From IMG/VR virus record IMGVR_UViG_3300020045_009671, positions 1 through 34,982 of that record: 34,982 nucleotides of DNA. One strand, 5' to 3'. The translations under genes and the position numbers were made by a program. Positions 8,339-16,500 of this stretch are shown one piece after another (the first letter of the stretch is position 1; the number at the start of each line of letters is the position of its first letter). A model generated the notes under the pieces. The model did no database searches. It was not told the origin of the DNA and worked only from the letters and a program-made list of their open reading frames with translations. Source of the stretch: a virus. Lineage: Duplodnaviria > Caudoviricetes.

Positions 8339-8772
8339 TGAGACCCTCGCTTGGTGACACAATGCTAGGCATCGCGTCGCTCTTAGCACAACGAGCTACG
8401 TGCTCCAAACTGCAAGTGGGGTGCGTTCTTGTTGACGCTCAAGGCAGAATCCTTGCAACTGGCTACAACGGTGTCCCCCGCGGTTGCATGCACTGTACTG
8501 CTGTTCCTTGTGCTGGTGCTAACGCTCCTGCGGGGGCAGACCTCTGTGAAGCAGTGCACGCAGAGCAGAACGCACTACTGCAATGCCGGGATGTAGACAA
8601 GATTTATACCTGCTACGTAACACATATGCCTTGCATGCGATGCATGAAGCAACTAATGAACACTAGTTGTATCAACATTATATATCTTGATGGTACGCTC
8701 GAGCAACCCGCAGCTCGTGATCTTTGGCTACAGCCCCATGGTGGGCGGACACTAATTCAATGGAGAATCTAA
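8338..8772 (+). CDS. dCMP deaminase (ComEB-like), copy A
   Basis: RATC..VG, TGYNG, HAEQNA, PCMRC. Confidence 0.9.
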   Translation: MRPSLGDTMLGIASLLAQRATCSKLQVGCVLVDAQGRILATGYNGVPRGCMHCTAVPCAGANAPAGADLCEAVHAEQNALLQCRDVDKIYTCYVTHMPCMRCMKQLMNTSCINIIYLDGTLEQPAARDLWLQPHGGRTLIQWRI

Positions 8773-8921
8773 TGGAAATCACTTGGAACATTACTGAACA
8801 GGAAGCGGACTACATCATGAAGCTTATCATGGCGCGCCCTTACGGCGAAGTAGCTGGTCTAGTGCAAAAGCTTGTGAACCAAGCGAATTCGAAGCCAGAC
8901 GCGCATATTATCGGCGAATGA
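8772..8921 (+). CDS. Small conserved phage protein (49 aa), copy A
   Basis: TAATG coupling, GGAG RBS, RPYGEV motif conserved in copy B. Confidence 0.7.
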   Translation: MEITWNITEQEADYIMKLIMARPYGEVAGLVQKLVNQANSKPDAHIIGE

Positions 8922-8946
8922 CGTCGATTTTAGCGCTTTTCAGGAT

Positions 8947-9008
8947 GTGTTAAACGCGAATTTTAATCGAAGTCGGCCGAACGCTAAGGCCGATTTCGTA
9001 TTTAATAT
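8947..9008 (+). other. Long intergenic hairpin, copy A
   Basis: Imperfect inverted repeat around a GAACGCT core; structure conserved at 13745-13806. Confidence 0.55.
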
Positions 9009-9417
9009 GCCTACTATAGAAGAATGGCGCAAGATTCAAGGATTCGAAGGCTACGTTGGTGCAAACGAACTAGAGGTATCAGATTATGGAAGAGTGCGTC
9101 GTAATGGTCAAGTCGTCCCACCCACCATCAACGATCGTGGTTACTGGGTTGATTTCTGTAAGGGCGGGCATAGAGAATGGCTACCCCGTCTTATACTTCG
9201 AACCTTTAACGGGGTATGTCCAGAAGGTCTCTTTGCCGTTTGCAAAGATAGAAACCTTCGAAACTGCAGATTAGACAACCTGGAATGGGGAACACACTCG
9301 GACAAAGTGAAAACTACGAAACAGAAAAAAGTCTCGGCAAAGAAAAAACCCGCACGCACTAATCCTGCACGGCGGGTTTTTGATGCCTGGCTAGAGCGCC
9401 AGGTAGCTAAGCGCTAA
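9007..9417 (+). CDS. NUMOD4 plus degenerate HNH protein, copy A
   Basis: EEWRKIQGFEGY..EVSDYGRVR; CKDRNLRNCRLDNLEWGT; start codon uncertain. Confidence 0.8.
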   Translation: MPTIEEWRKIQGFEGYVGANELEVSDYGRVRRNGQVVPPTINDRGYWVDFCKGGHREWLPRLILRTFNGVCPEGLFAVCKDRNLRNCRLDNLEWGTHSDKVKTTKQKKVSAKKKPARTNPARRVFDAWLERQVAKR

Positions 9418-9641
9418 TAGCGAACAGGATTCAAATTGGGGTGTTCTTGTACCCCTTTCTCGTTTAGCGTTGTACAGATCTTCAGGAAGTCCCACGATGG
9501 CGCCGGCAATGTCCCTGGCTTAGGCGGGGGTACCGGTATAGTCGCTTTAGGCACGGCTACTGGTACTGGCTGACCCGGCGGGGGGACAACCGTAGTGCAA
9601 GCCAATGCAGAATACAAAACGATGGGTGCGTACCAGATCAT
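9414..9641 (-). CDS. Pro-rich small protein with hydrophobic N-terminus (copy A only)
   Basis: ATGA-coupled to the upstream gene; fills the gap at the convergence point. Confidence 0.5.
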   Translation of the reverse strand: MIWYAPIVLYSALACTTVVPPPGQPVPVAVPKATIPVPPPKPGTLPAPSWDFLKICTTLNEKGVQEHPNLNPVRY

Positions 9642-11242
9642 GCTATTGCTCCTTTAACTGCCAAACTTAACACAATTTCCAAGATGAACTCATCTTCAAG
9701 CTCTATCATGGCCCTCTCTGCTTCCTGGATACCTTTCTTAATTGGATCACCAAATCGCCCCACGCGCCTATCTGGCTTACCTGGAATGTAAGCGTCCTGT
9801 TGAGCAATAAGCGTGATGAGCTCAGAGACTGTAACCGGAATGACCTGCGGAGACTGCTTTGTAGCATCCTGCGTAGCGCTTAGTGTGATGCTCTCTGAGC
9901 GACTTGCTTGAAGCGTGCTACGAGCATTCTGTGAATCAAGAAGAGTTACGCCCTCATCAACTTGCTTCCGGTACGTGGCTGTAGCATTCTGAGAGTCACT
10001 AAGGGTGAGCGACTCGTGAACACTGACAGATATAATACCCGCAGTAACTGTAGCATTCTGGGAATCGGTAAGGGTTATGGACTCCGCTACAGTGCCAGAC
10101 ACTAATTGCGGACCATTGGGGTACGGCGTAGTGGGTATTACAGTGGGGGGAGCAGCTTGGGTATAAAGTGCAATGCCCTTGGTAATGCGTACTTCGTCAA
10201 CGTACCCTGCCGGTAGCGCGCCGCCTGAATTTGAGGCCCCAACTTGAAGGGCTACGGTTGGGTTAAAGGGGGTTGTAAGTGCTGTGCTATTTACATTAGC
10301 TAACTCTAAGTCTACCCAAGCTGCGAATACCCCAGAAGCTCGCGAAAAGACTACCCAGGAGTAGTTATCCCGCAAGAAGCCCGTACTTGTATTAACGTTA
10401 CCACCAGAGGGCCAATTAATCTGAAGATTACCCCCAGTAAACGCCACCCCTAGCCAAAACTCAACTCCTCCGTTCTGCCAACCAAAAAATGCTCCATAAT
10501 TCCCAGACCCAGCGGGAACATGAACCTGCAGTTCGATGGTAAAATCGCCAATGCCGAAATCAAATATGGCATTGTCCGGTACGCTTACGTAACCTGGTAA
10601 CTTTAATGCACCTGTTCCAAATTTTGGATCAGTCGTAGAAATTACACCGCCATTTACTGCGGTTACGGGCCAGTTATACTGGCTACTATCTACAAAACTT
10701 ATAGAATTATTGGTACCGTCTGCATGAAGCAGAAGAACAACATTTTCCCAAGGCGGGTTAACTACAGAGCCGGAGACAGAAGCATTCTGGGAGTCTGTTA
10801 CAGTAACAAACTCGTTGACGTTTACTGAATGCGTTACAGGGCCAGTAACGACCGTTGCGTTTTGTGAATCCGTTACAGTAACAGACTCTGTTGTAGTTCC
10901 GGACTTAGTTGAGGAAGCGTTTTCAATCGTAGTTAGCGTGAATGACTCGTTGACGCTAACGGATATTGGTGTAATCACCTCAGTGGTGATCGTCACCGAC
11001 TCAACGCTGTTGCTATAAGTCAGCGCTACGTCATCATAGGCAACGAAAGCTTCCTGATACGCAGTATTTGGCGTGAGTACGGTAATGACGGGGGGGAACG
11101 TGAGAATTCCGCCTGTCGTGTACGGCGCATCGCCTGCTTCTAATGCAGCAGTGCCACCCGAGTTCTGCCCAAGGCGGATCTGATCGTTGCTAGGCTTCCC
11201 CGCGCCGTCGGCGTAGACAACCCAGTAGATTCGGATGGCCAT
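9638..11242 (-). CDS. Virion fibre/decoration protein with Thr/Val/Ser-rich repeats and a LamG/ConA-like domain
   Basis: VxESxTxTDSQNA repeats; NVVLLLHADG..DFTIE..GYVDEVRITKG. Confidence 0.75.
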   Translation of the reverse strand: MAIRIYWVVYADGAGKPSNDQIRLGQNSGGTAALEAGDAPYTTGGILTFPPVITVLTPNTAYQEAFVAYDDVALTYSNSVESVTITTEVITPISVSVNESFTLTTIENASSTKSGTTTESVTVTDSQNATVVTGPVTHSVNVNEFVTVTDSQNASVSGSVVNPPWENVVLLLHADGTNNSISFVDSSQYNWPVTAVNGGVISTTDPKFGTGALKLPGYVSVPDNAIFDFGIGDFTIELQVHVPAGSGNYGAFFGWQNGGVEFWLGVAFTGGNLQINWPSGGNVNTSTGFLRDNYSWVVFSRASGVFAAWVDLELANVNSTALTTPFNPTVALQVGASNSGGALPAGYVDEVRITKGIALYTQAAPPTVIPTTPYPNGPQLVSGTVAESITLTDSQNATVTAGIISVSVHESLTLSDSQNATATYRKQVDEGVTLLDSQNARSTLQASRSESITLSATQDATKQSPQVIPVTVSELITLIAQQDAYIPGKPDRRVGRFGDPIKKGIQEAERAMIELEDEFILEIVLSLAVKGAIA

Positions 11243-11243
11243 A

Positions 11244-11441
11244 CTAGGTCGCCGTTACCTGCGGAATCCAGCCGCTACTGGTGAGACTGCCCGGAGCATA
11301 GGTAGGGGCACTGAGCGTAGGCATCGACACGCCACCCCCTGCGGCAGTCTGCACCCACTCAATGGGCGTAACCCGAGCTGTGGCTACGGCGTCCTCGTAT
11401 TGGAGCCAGCCTTTTGGTGTGACGCGAGAGACTGCGGACAC
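11244..11441 (-). CDS. Small putative virion protein (short homologue of 15164..16063)
   Basis: Shares the C-terminus MPxLSAxTYAPGSLTSSGWIPQVxAT. Confidence 0.7.
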   Translation of the reverse strand: MSAVSRVTPKGWLQYEDAVATARVTPIEWVQTAAGGGVSMPTLSAPTYAPGSLTSSGWIPQVTAT

Positions 11442-11444
11442 AGG

Positions 11445-11837
11445 TTATGTCCTGATTTGCGGGTCAACGTAGAGCGTGGTAGAGGGAATCGCTACGTTTA
11501 CTCTAGCGCTAAGGTAGCCAAGTTCCGCGGGGGTAATCGGGGCGCCTGAATCGACCTTCCCTGACCAAGCTGTCCCACTTGCTCCAGTCCACGATCCTGT
11601 TCCAGCACCTGCAGCTTGGTTAGCCGCAGTAGCGCCGCTCAAGAAGTCAGACAGCTCCTGAGCATCGTCGTAATCTGTGCTCTGCGTGGATCCTGCGGTG
11701 GTTTTAGCGAGAAACTCGCCCCACACCTGCGCAGTTGTGTAAGGTGTGACGGTACCGTCTCGCAGCAACTCCAAACGCGGTGTGATAGCACTTGTTCCAG
11801 TGTTGAACAAGTTAATCCAAGGAGTTTGAAATGGTGT
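11445..11837 (-). pseudogene. 3' fragment of a putative virion protein truncated at the repeat junction
   Basis: The predicted start at 11864 lies in antisense Nmad1 sequence of copy B; protein-like sequence begins at about TPFQTPWI. Confidence 0.65.
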
Positions 11838-11937
11838 GCCCAACTTTGATAGTAAGCTCGACACAGTAATTGACTTGATTAATTACGCAGTGTTCTACGC
11901 TGAGTACCTTCAAAGTTTGGAGAAAGCTGATGAATAA
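11829..11937 (+). pseudogene. 3' fragment of the Nmad1-like gene
   Basis: Encodes NGVPNFDSKLDTVIDLINYAVFYAEYLQSLEKADE with no 5' part. Confidence 0.85.
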
Positions 11938-12757
11938 ACTGGACGAAGAGTATCTTGAGCTTGTTAACCATGTGATGTCTGTTGGTGCCAAGCGCAAAAC
12001 ACGAGCAGGCCCTACACGACAAGTCTTTGGTGCGGCGTTCGTAGTTGAGAGTCTTCGCGACAACGAGTTCCCAATACTTACGAGCCGTAAGATTTTCTGG
12101 AAGCCTGTACTTGGTGAACTTGCTGCGTTTTTGCGGGGAGCTACTGACCTAGCTACGTTCAAGAAGTTTGGTTGTAACTACTGGGATGCTAATGCAGAAG
12201 CATGGATTTGGAACCGAGGTCAAGACAAATCAAAATGGCGAGTGGGTAATATCTATGGCGCACAATGGCGCGCTTTTGGCGAATACGATGTAGACCAGAT
12301 CGCTAGACTAGTATACAGCATTAAGCATGATCCTCTGAGTCGTAGGCACTTGCTTACAGCGTATGATCCCAACGAAGACTCGCACTGTCTCCCCCCATGT
12401 CATTTGATGGCGCAATTCAATGTTGATAATGACGGTTATCTTGATTGCACTGTCTATATGCGCAGTGTTGATTTGTGTCTTGGCTTGCCAAGCGATATTA
12501 TCTTGTACGCAACTCTTATGCTCTTGGTTGCACAAGAAACTAACTACAAACCTGGCACGCTGATCTTCATGCTTGGAGATACACACATCTACGAAAACCA
12601 TGTCGAGATTTTCAAGTACCAATTAGCTGGGCCTAGCTTTAAGTTACCTACTTGGGAGTTACACACCGAAGCAACTCTTGACAATTTTGAGCCGCACCAT
12701 CTGAGTCTTATCGACTACACACATGGAGAGAAACTTGAGTACCCTTTTGCCGCCTGA
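11930..12757 (+). CDS. thyA: Thymidylate synthase-family enzyme, probably dCMP-specific (copy B)
   Basis: 7 aa differences from copy A over 275 aa by my count; Asp codon at 12494-12496 retained. Confidence 0.9.
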   Translation: MNKLDEEYLELVNHVMSVGAKRKTRAGPTRQVFGAAFVVESLRDNEFPILTSRKIFWKPVLGELAAFLRGATDLATFKKFGCNYWDANAEAWIWNRGQDKSKWRVGNIYGAQWRAFGEYDVDQIARLVYSIKHDPLSRRHLLTAYDPNEDSHCLPPCHLMAQFNVDNDGYLDCTVYMRSVDLCLGLPSDIILYATLMLLVAQETNYKPGTLIFMLGDTHIYENHVEIFKYQLAGPSFKLPTWELHTEATLDNFEPHHLSLIDYTHGEKLEYPFAA

Positions 12758-13139
12758 TGTTTTTCAAGACGTTGCTGACTTCCATGTCCGTATCATTGGA
12801 CAAGACCCTTCGGAGAGTCCTTCATTAATCTCACAGAAGTTTGTGTTTGAGCGCTTCCGATTCATGCAAGAGGAACTCGATGAATTTGTTACTGCTGCAT
12901 TTAATAGTGATATGGTGGGGGCCGCTGATGGCCTCGCTGATCTTATCTACGTTGCAGTAGGCACGATGTACCTAATGGGTCTCCCGACTACTGAGATTTG
13001 GAACGCTGTGCATAGCGCTAACATGCGCAAAGTACGCGGCATGACAAAACGTGGTAATGCTTTCGATGCTGCAAAGCCCGATGGGTGGGTGGGGCCTGAA
13101 CCTGAAATCGCGGCAGCTATCGGTGAGGCTATCCGATGA
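12723..13139 (+). CDS. MazG-like dNTP pyrophosphohydrolase (copy B)
   Basis: Same motifs as 7830..8246. Confidence 0.85.
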   Translation: MERNLSTLLPPDVFQDVADFHVRIIGQDPSESPSLISQKFVFERFRFMQEELDEFVTAAFNSDMVGAADGLADLIYVAVGTMYLMGLPTTEIWNAVHSANMRKVRGMTKRGNAFDAAKPDGWVGPEPEIAAAIGEAIR

Positions 13140-13570
13140 GGCCCTCGCTTGGCACTACGATGCTGGGTATCGCGTCGCTCTTAGCACAACGCGCTACGTG
13201 CTCCAAACTGAAAGTAGGGTGTGTCCTTGTAGACCGCCAAGGGCGCATTCTTAGTACTGGCTATAACGGTGTCCCCCGCGGTTGTCCACACTGTACCGAC
13301 GTGCCATGCCCTGGTGCTACTGCTCCGGCGGGGGCAGACCTTTGCGAGGCGGTACATGCAGAGCAGAACGCGCTGCTTCAATGCAAAGACCCTGATAAGA
13401 TAGAAACTTGTTACGTAACGCATATGCCCTGTATGCGTTGTGTTAAAGAGCTAATGAATACCAGATGCACTAGTATTGTTTATCTTGACGGAACACTCGC
13501 GCAGCCTTCCGCCGAAGCACTATGGCTACACCCCCACGGTGGGCGGTCCCTACTTCAATGGAGAATCTAA
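13136..13570 (+). CDS. dCMP deaminase, copy B
   Basis: HAEQNA, PCMRC. Confidence 0.9.
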   Translation: MRPSLGTTMLGIASLLAQRATCSKLKVGCVLVDRQGRILSTGYNGVPRGCPHCTDVPCPGATAPAGADLCEAVHAEQNALLQCKDPDKIETCYVTHMPCMRCVKELMNTRCTSIVYLDGTLAQPSAEALWLHPHGGRSLLQWRI

Positions 13571-13719
13571 TGGATATTACCTGGAACGTTACTGAACAAG
13601 AAGCCGACTACCTCATGAAGCTTCTAGCTACACGGCCCTATGGTGAGGTTGTAGGCTTGATTCAAAAGCTCATCGACCAAGCGAATTCGAAGCCTGAAGT
13701 GCAAATTGTCGGTGAATAA
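13570..13719 (+). CDS. Small conserved phage protein (49 aa), copy B
   Basis: Homologue of 8772..8921. Confidence 0.7.
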   Translation: MDITWNVTEQEADYLMKLLATRPYGEVVGLIQKLIDQANSKPEVQIVGE

Positions 13720-13744
13720 CGTCGTTTTTAGCACTTTTTAGGAG

Positions 13745-13806
13745 GCATTAAACGCGAATAAAATCAGTCCGAGTACGAACGCTCAGACTAATTTCGTGTT
13801 TAATGC
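13745..13806 (+). other. Long intergenic hairpin, copy B
   Basis: GCATTAAACGCGAA pairs with TTCGTGTTTAATGC (14 bp, one G-U). Confidence 0.6.
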
Positions 13807-13813
13807 TAGTACT

Positions 13814-14215
13814 ATGGAAGAATGGCGCAAAATTCAAGGTTTCGAAGGTTACAGCGGTGCAAACGAACTAGAGGTCTCAGATTATGGCAGAATCAGGCGC
13901 AGCGGACAGGTGGCCCCGCCCGTTATCAATGCTCGAGGATACTGGGTGGATTTTGTTAAAGGTGGTCACAGAGAATGGCTTCCTCGCCTTGTACTTCGAA
14001 CATTTAATGGCCCTTGCCCAGAAGGACTCTTCGCGGTTTGTAAAGATCGTAACTTGCGAAACTGTAAACTCGAAAATCTAGAATGGGGGACACATTCGGA
14101 CAAAGCGAAAACTGCGAAACAGAAAAAAGTTTCGGCGAAGAAAAAACCCGCACGCACTAATCCTGCACGACGGGTTTTTGATGCCTGGCTCGAGCGCCAG
14201 GTAGCTAAGCGTTAA
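13814..14215 (+). CDS. NUMOD4 plus degenerate HNH protein, copy B
   Basis: Homologue of 9007..9417. Confidence 0.8.
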   Translation: MEEWRKIQGFEGYSGANELEVSDYGRIRRSGQVAPPVINARGYWVDFVKGGHREWLPRLVLRTFNGPCPEGLFAVCKDRNLRNCKLENLEWGTHSDKAKTAKQKKVSAKKKPARTNPARRVFDAWLERQVAKR

Positions 14216-14221
14216 TGTAAA

Positions 14222-15160
14222 TCATGCTATTGCTCCTTTTACTGCCAAACTCAACACAATTTCCAAGATGAACTCATCTTCGAGCTCAATCATAGCTTTT
14301 TCTGCTTCTTGAATACTCTTCTTAACAGGGTCACCAAATCGCCCCACACGCCTATCAGGTTTACCAGGAATGTAGGCATCTTGCTGAGCGATAAGTGTAA
14401 TGAGCTCAGAGACTGTAACCGGAATGACCTGTGGGGACTGCTTTGTAGCGTCCTGTGTAGCGCTTAGTGTGATGCTTTCTGCACGACTTACTTGGAGCGT
14501 GCTGCGAGCATTCTGTGCGTCAATAAGGGTTACGCCCTCATTGACTTGCCTACGGTACGTAGCAGTTGTATTCTGAGAGTCAGTAAGTGCAATCGACTCA
14601 TTAACGCTTACAGGTATAACTCCAGCCCCAGTTACGGAAGCATTTTGTGAATCTGTTACTACTACAGATTCTGCTACAGTTCCGGGCTTAGTCGAGGAAG
14701 CATTCTGTGAATCTGTTACCGTTACAGACTCATTGACACTTACTGGATACGTTACGGGACCAGTAGTGACCGTTGCGTTCTGGGAGTCTGTAACTGTAAC
14801 GGAATCGTTGACAACCCCATTGTAAACAGTCTTAGCGTTCTCAACAGTAGTTAGTGCGAACGACTCGTTGACACTAACAGATATCGGGGTAATCGCCTCA
14901 GTGGTAATCGTTGCCGACTCGACACTGTTGCTGTAGGTCAGCGCTACATCGTCGTAAGCAACGAAAGCTTCCTGGTACGCAGTATTTGGCGCGAGTACAG
15001 TAATGACGGGGGGAAACGTGAGGGTTCCACCCGCCGTATATAGCGCACTACCAGACTCTAATGCAGCAGTACCGCCCGAGTTCTGCCCTAGGCGAATTTG
15101 ATCGTTGCTGGGCTTGCCCGCGCCGTTGGCGTAGACAACCCAATAGATCGTGATGGCCAT
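14222..15160 (-). CDS. Virion fibre/decoration repeat protein without a LamG domain
   Basis: Same N- and C-termini and TDSQNA repeats as 9638..11242. Confidence 0.75.
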   Translation of the reverse strand: MAITIYWVVYANGAGKPSNDQIRLGQNSGGTAALESGSALYTAGGTLTFPPVITVLAPNTAYQEAFVAYDDVALTYSNSVESATITTEAITPISVSVNESFALTTVENAKTVYNGVVNDSVTVTDSQNATVTTGPVTYPVSVNESVTVTDSQNASSTKPGTVAESVVVTDSQNASVTGAGVIPVSVNESIALTDSQNTTATYRRQVNEGVTLIDAQNARSTLQVSRAESITLSATQDATKQSPQVIPVTVSELITLIAQQDAYIPGKPDRRVGRFGDPVKKSIQEAEKAMIELEDEFILEIVLSLAVKGAIA

Positions 15161-15163
15161 AGA

Positions 15164-16063
15164 TTAGGTCGCCGCTACCTGCGGAATCCAACCACTACTG
15201 GTCAGACTGCCTGGAGCATAGGTTGCGGCGCTCAGCACAGGCATTGTGGGCGCTATACCTGTAGGGGGTATCACCAGGCGCTGAGGTGCACTAAGGCTCC
15301 ACATACCATTGTCGTAGAGGTCTTTTGGCCTTACGTCATTGTATTCCCACGTCCTGCGCGCCAGGATGATGTTGCTGACGAGGCCCGTGTATCGCCGTCC
15401 GGTGTTAGCTGTATCTTGCCCGAACACTAAAGGCGCTGTCGTCAGGTTGTTAAATCCGCTTGGGGTGTTATTAAATTGTGCGTTGTTATCGTATACATTA
15501 TTCACCCAAACTTGTACAACTTGCCCGGGTACATCCAGCACAACGTCAATCCGGTACGCGCCGCGCACAACCAACGTGTTTGCGCCCGTCCCGTCGTACG
15601 CTGCTGCTGCTGCCGGCGGCGCTGTAGTCCCGAAATACGCCGCTATTTTCCCATTGGACTTCAAATAAAGAGTAAAATAATCCGCACTACTCGACGAAAC
15701 CCAAGCCAGCAGCGTTGAATACTCATTGGCCAAAGACTGCGGCTGAATCCAAAAACTCGCGGATACGCGAGGACCAGAACTGAGCCATTTCGTGGCGTCA
15801 CTGTCCAACGTTAAGTAAGTCGTGCCGTCGAGGTACACAGCTGTGCCACTCGCACTATTTATGATGGCTGACTTTGGTGTAAGTGGCGGCCCGCCAGTGA
15901 AACTACCCGCCGCGCCAACTTTGTTATGAACGGTTGCGCCGCTTTGACCCGTCAACGGGAAATAGTGTGTCAACCCTCTGAATAGCGGCGCGCGCGTATT
16001 CAGCGGCGCAAATTCTGGAGGCTGCCGCACCCACGGCCGCTGAAGTATCAAGGACACGATCAA
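15164..16063 (-). CDS. Putative virion protein with a LamG/ConA-like domain
   Basis: GLTHYFPL, SASFWIQP, VQVWVNN, LVFGQD..YTGLVSNI. Confidence 0.65.
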   Translation of the reverse strand: MIVSLILQRPWVRQPPEFAPLNTRAPLFRGLTHYFPLTGQSGATVHNKVGAAGSFTGGPPLTPKSAIINSASGTAVYLDGTTYLTLDSDATKWLSSGPRVSASFWIQPQSLANEYSTLLAWVSSSSADYFTLYLKSNGKIAAYFGTTAPPAAAAAYDGTGANTLVVRGAYRIDVVLDVPGQVVQVWVNNVYDNNAQFNNTPSGFNNLTTAPLVFGQDTANTGRRYTGLVSNIILARRTWEYNDVRPKDLYDNGMWSLSAPQRLVIPPTGIAPTMPVLSAATYAPGSLTSSGWIPQVAAT

Positions 16064-16491
16064 CTACCCGTGATAACTGCGTAGTTCAGCGAGCCCGCGT
16101 TCAGCGTCACGCCCGTTCCGTTCTCCATGACAGGGCGAATCCAGCGGCAGGTGGGGTGCCCAGCTGATGTAAACATCTTGGTCGTCGGGGTGCCGGATGC
16201 TTGAACGGGGCAGAAACCGATGTATTCCATGTCTATAGCACCTACCGCTGTGGCGGGCGCAAACGAAGACCAGTTCGTGCCGTCGAGCGAATACTGGAGG
16301 TAAAAGTTGACCCCCAGACTAGTGTTTGCCGGGGCCGATGCGACGCCTGCAGTGACCTCGAAGAGGACCTCGTAGGGTACTACAGCGGTCAGGTCGATGG
16401 CGCTACCGACAACGAAGGCGCCTGCAGCCAGCGTCGAGAAGCCGGTGATCGTCGCCGCAGTCTTGGTGCCTTGAATGAAATTGGAAGCCAT
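16060..16491 (-). CDS. Putative beta-sandwich virion protein
   Basis: LQYSLDGTNW motif; late operon context. Confidence 0.6.
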   Translation of the reverse strand: MASNFIQGTKTAATITGFSTLAAGAFVVGSAIDLTAVVPYEVLFEVTAGVASAPANTSLGVNFYLQYSLDGTNWSSFAPATAVGAIDMEYIGFCPVQASGTPTTKMFTSAGHPTCRWIRPVMENGTGVTLNAGSLNYAVITGS

Positions 16492-16500
16492 GTCGTTTCC

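Larger units (their letters stand above)
6936..11324. repeat. Diverged direct repeat, copy A
   Basis: Collinear with 11829-15245 (initial offset 4893), with copy-specific insertions. Confidence 0.95.
11829..15245. repeat. Diverged direct repeat, copy B
   Basis: Starts at AAATGGTGTGCCCAACTTTGATAGT, matching 6936 onward. Confidence 0.95.

Noticed and set aside
6936-15245. Diversity-generating retroelement or invertible tail cassette explaining the two copies
   Set aside because: No reverse transcriptase or recombinase, the copies are direct, and differences are not adenine-specific
6936-15245. Terminal redundancy
   Set aside because: Terminal repeats would be essentially identical; these copies differ in sequence and gene content
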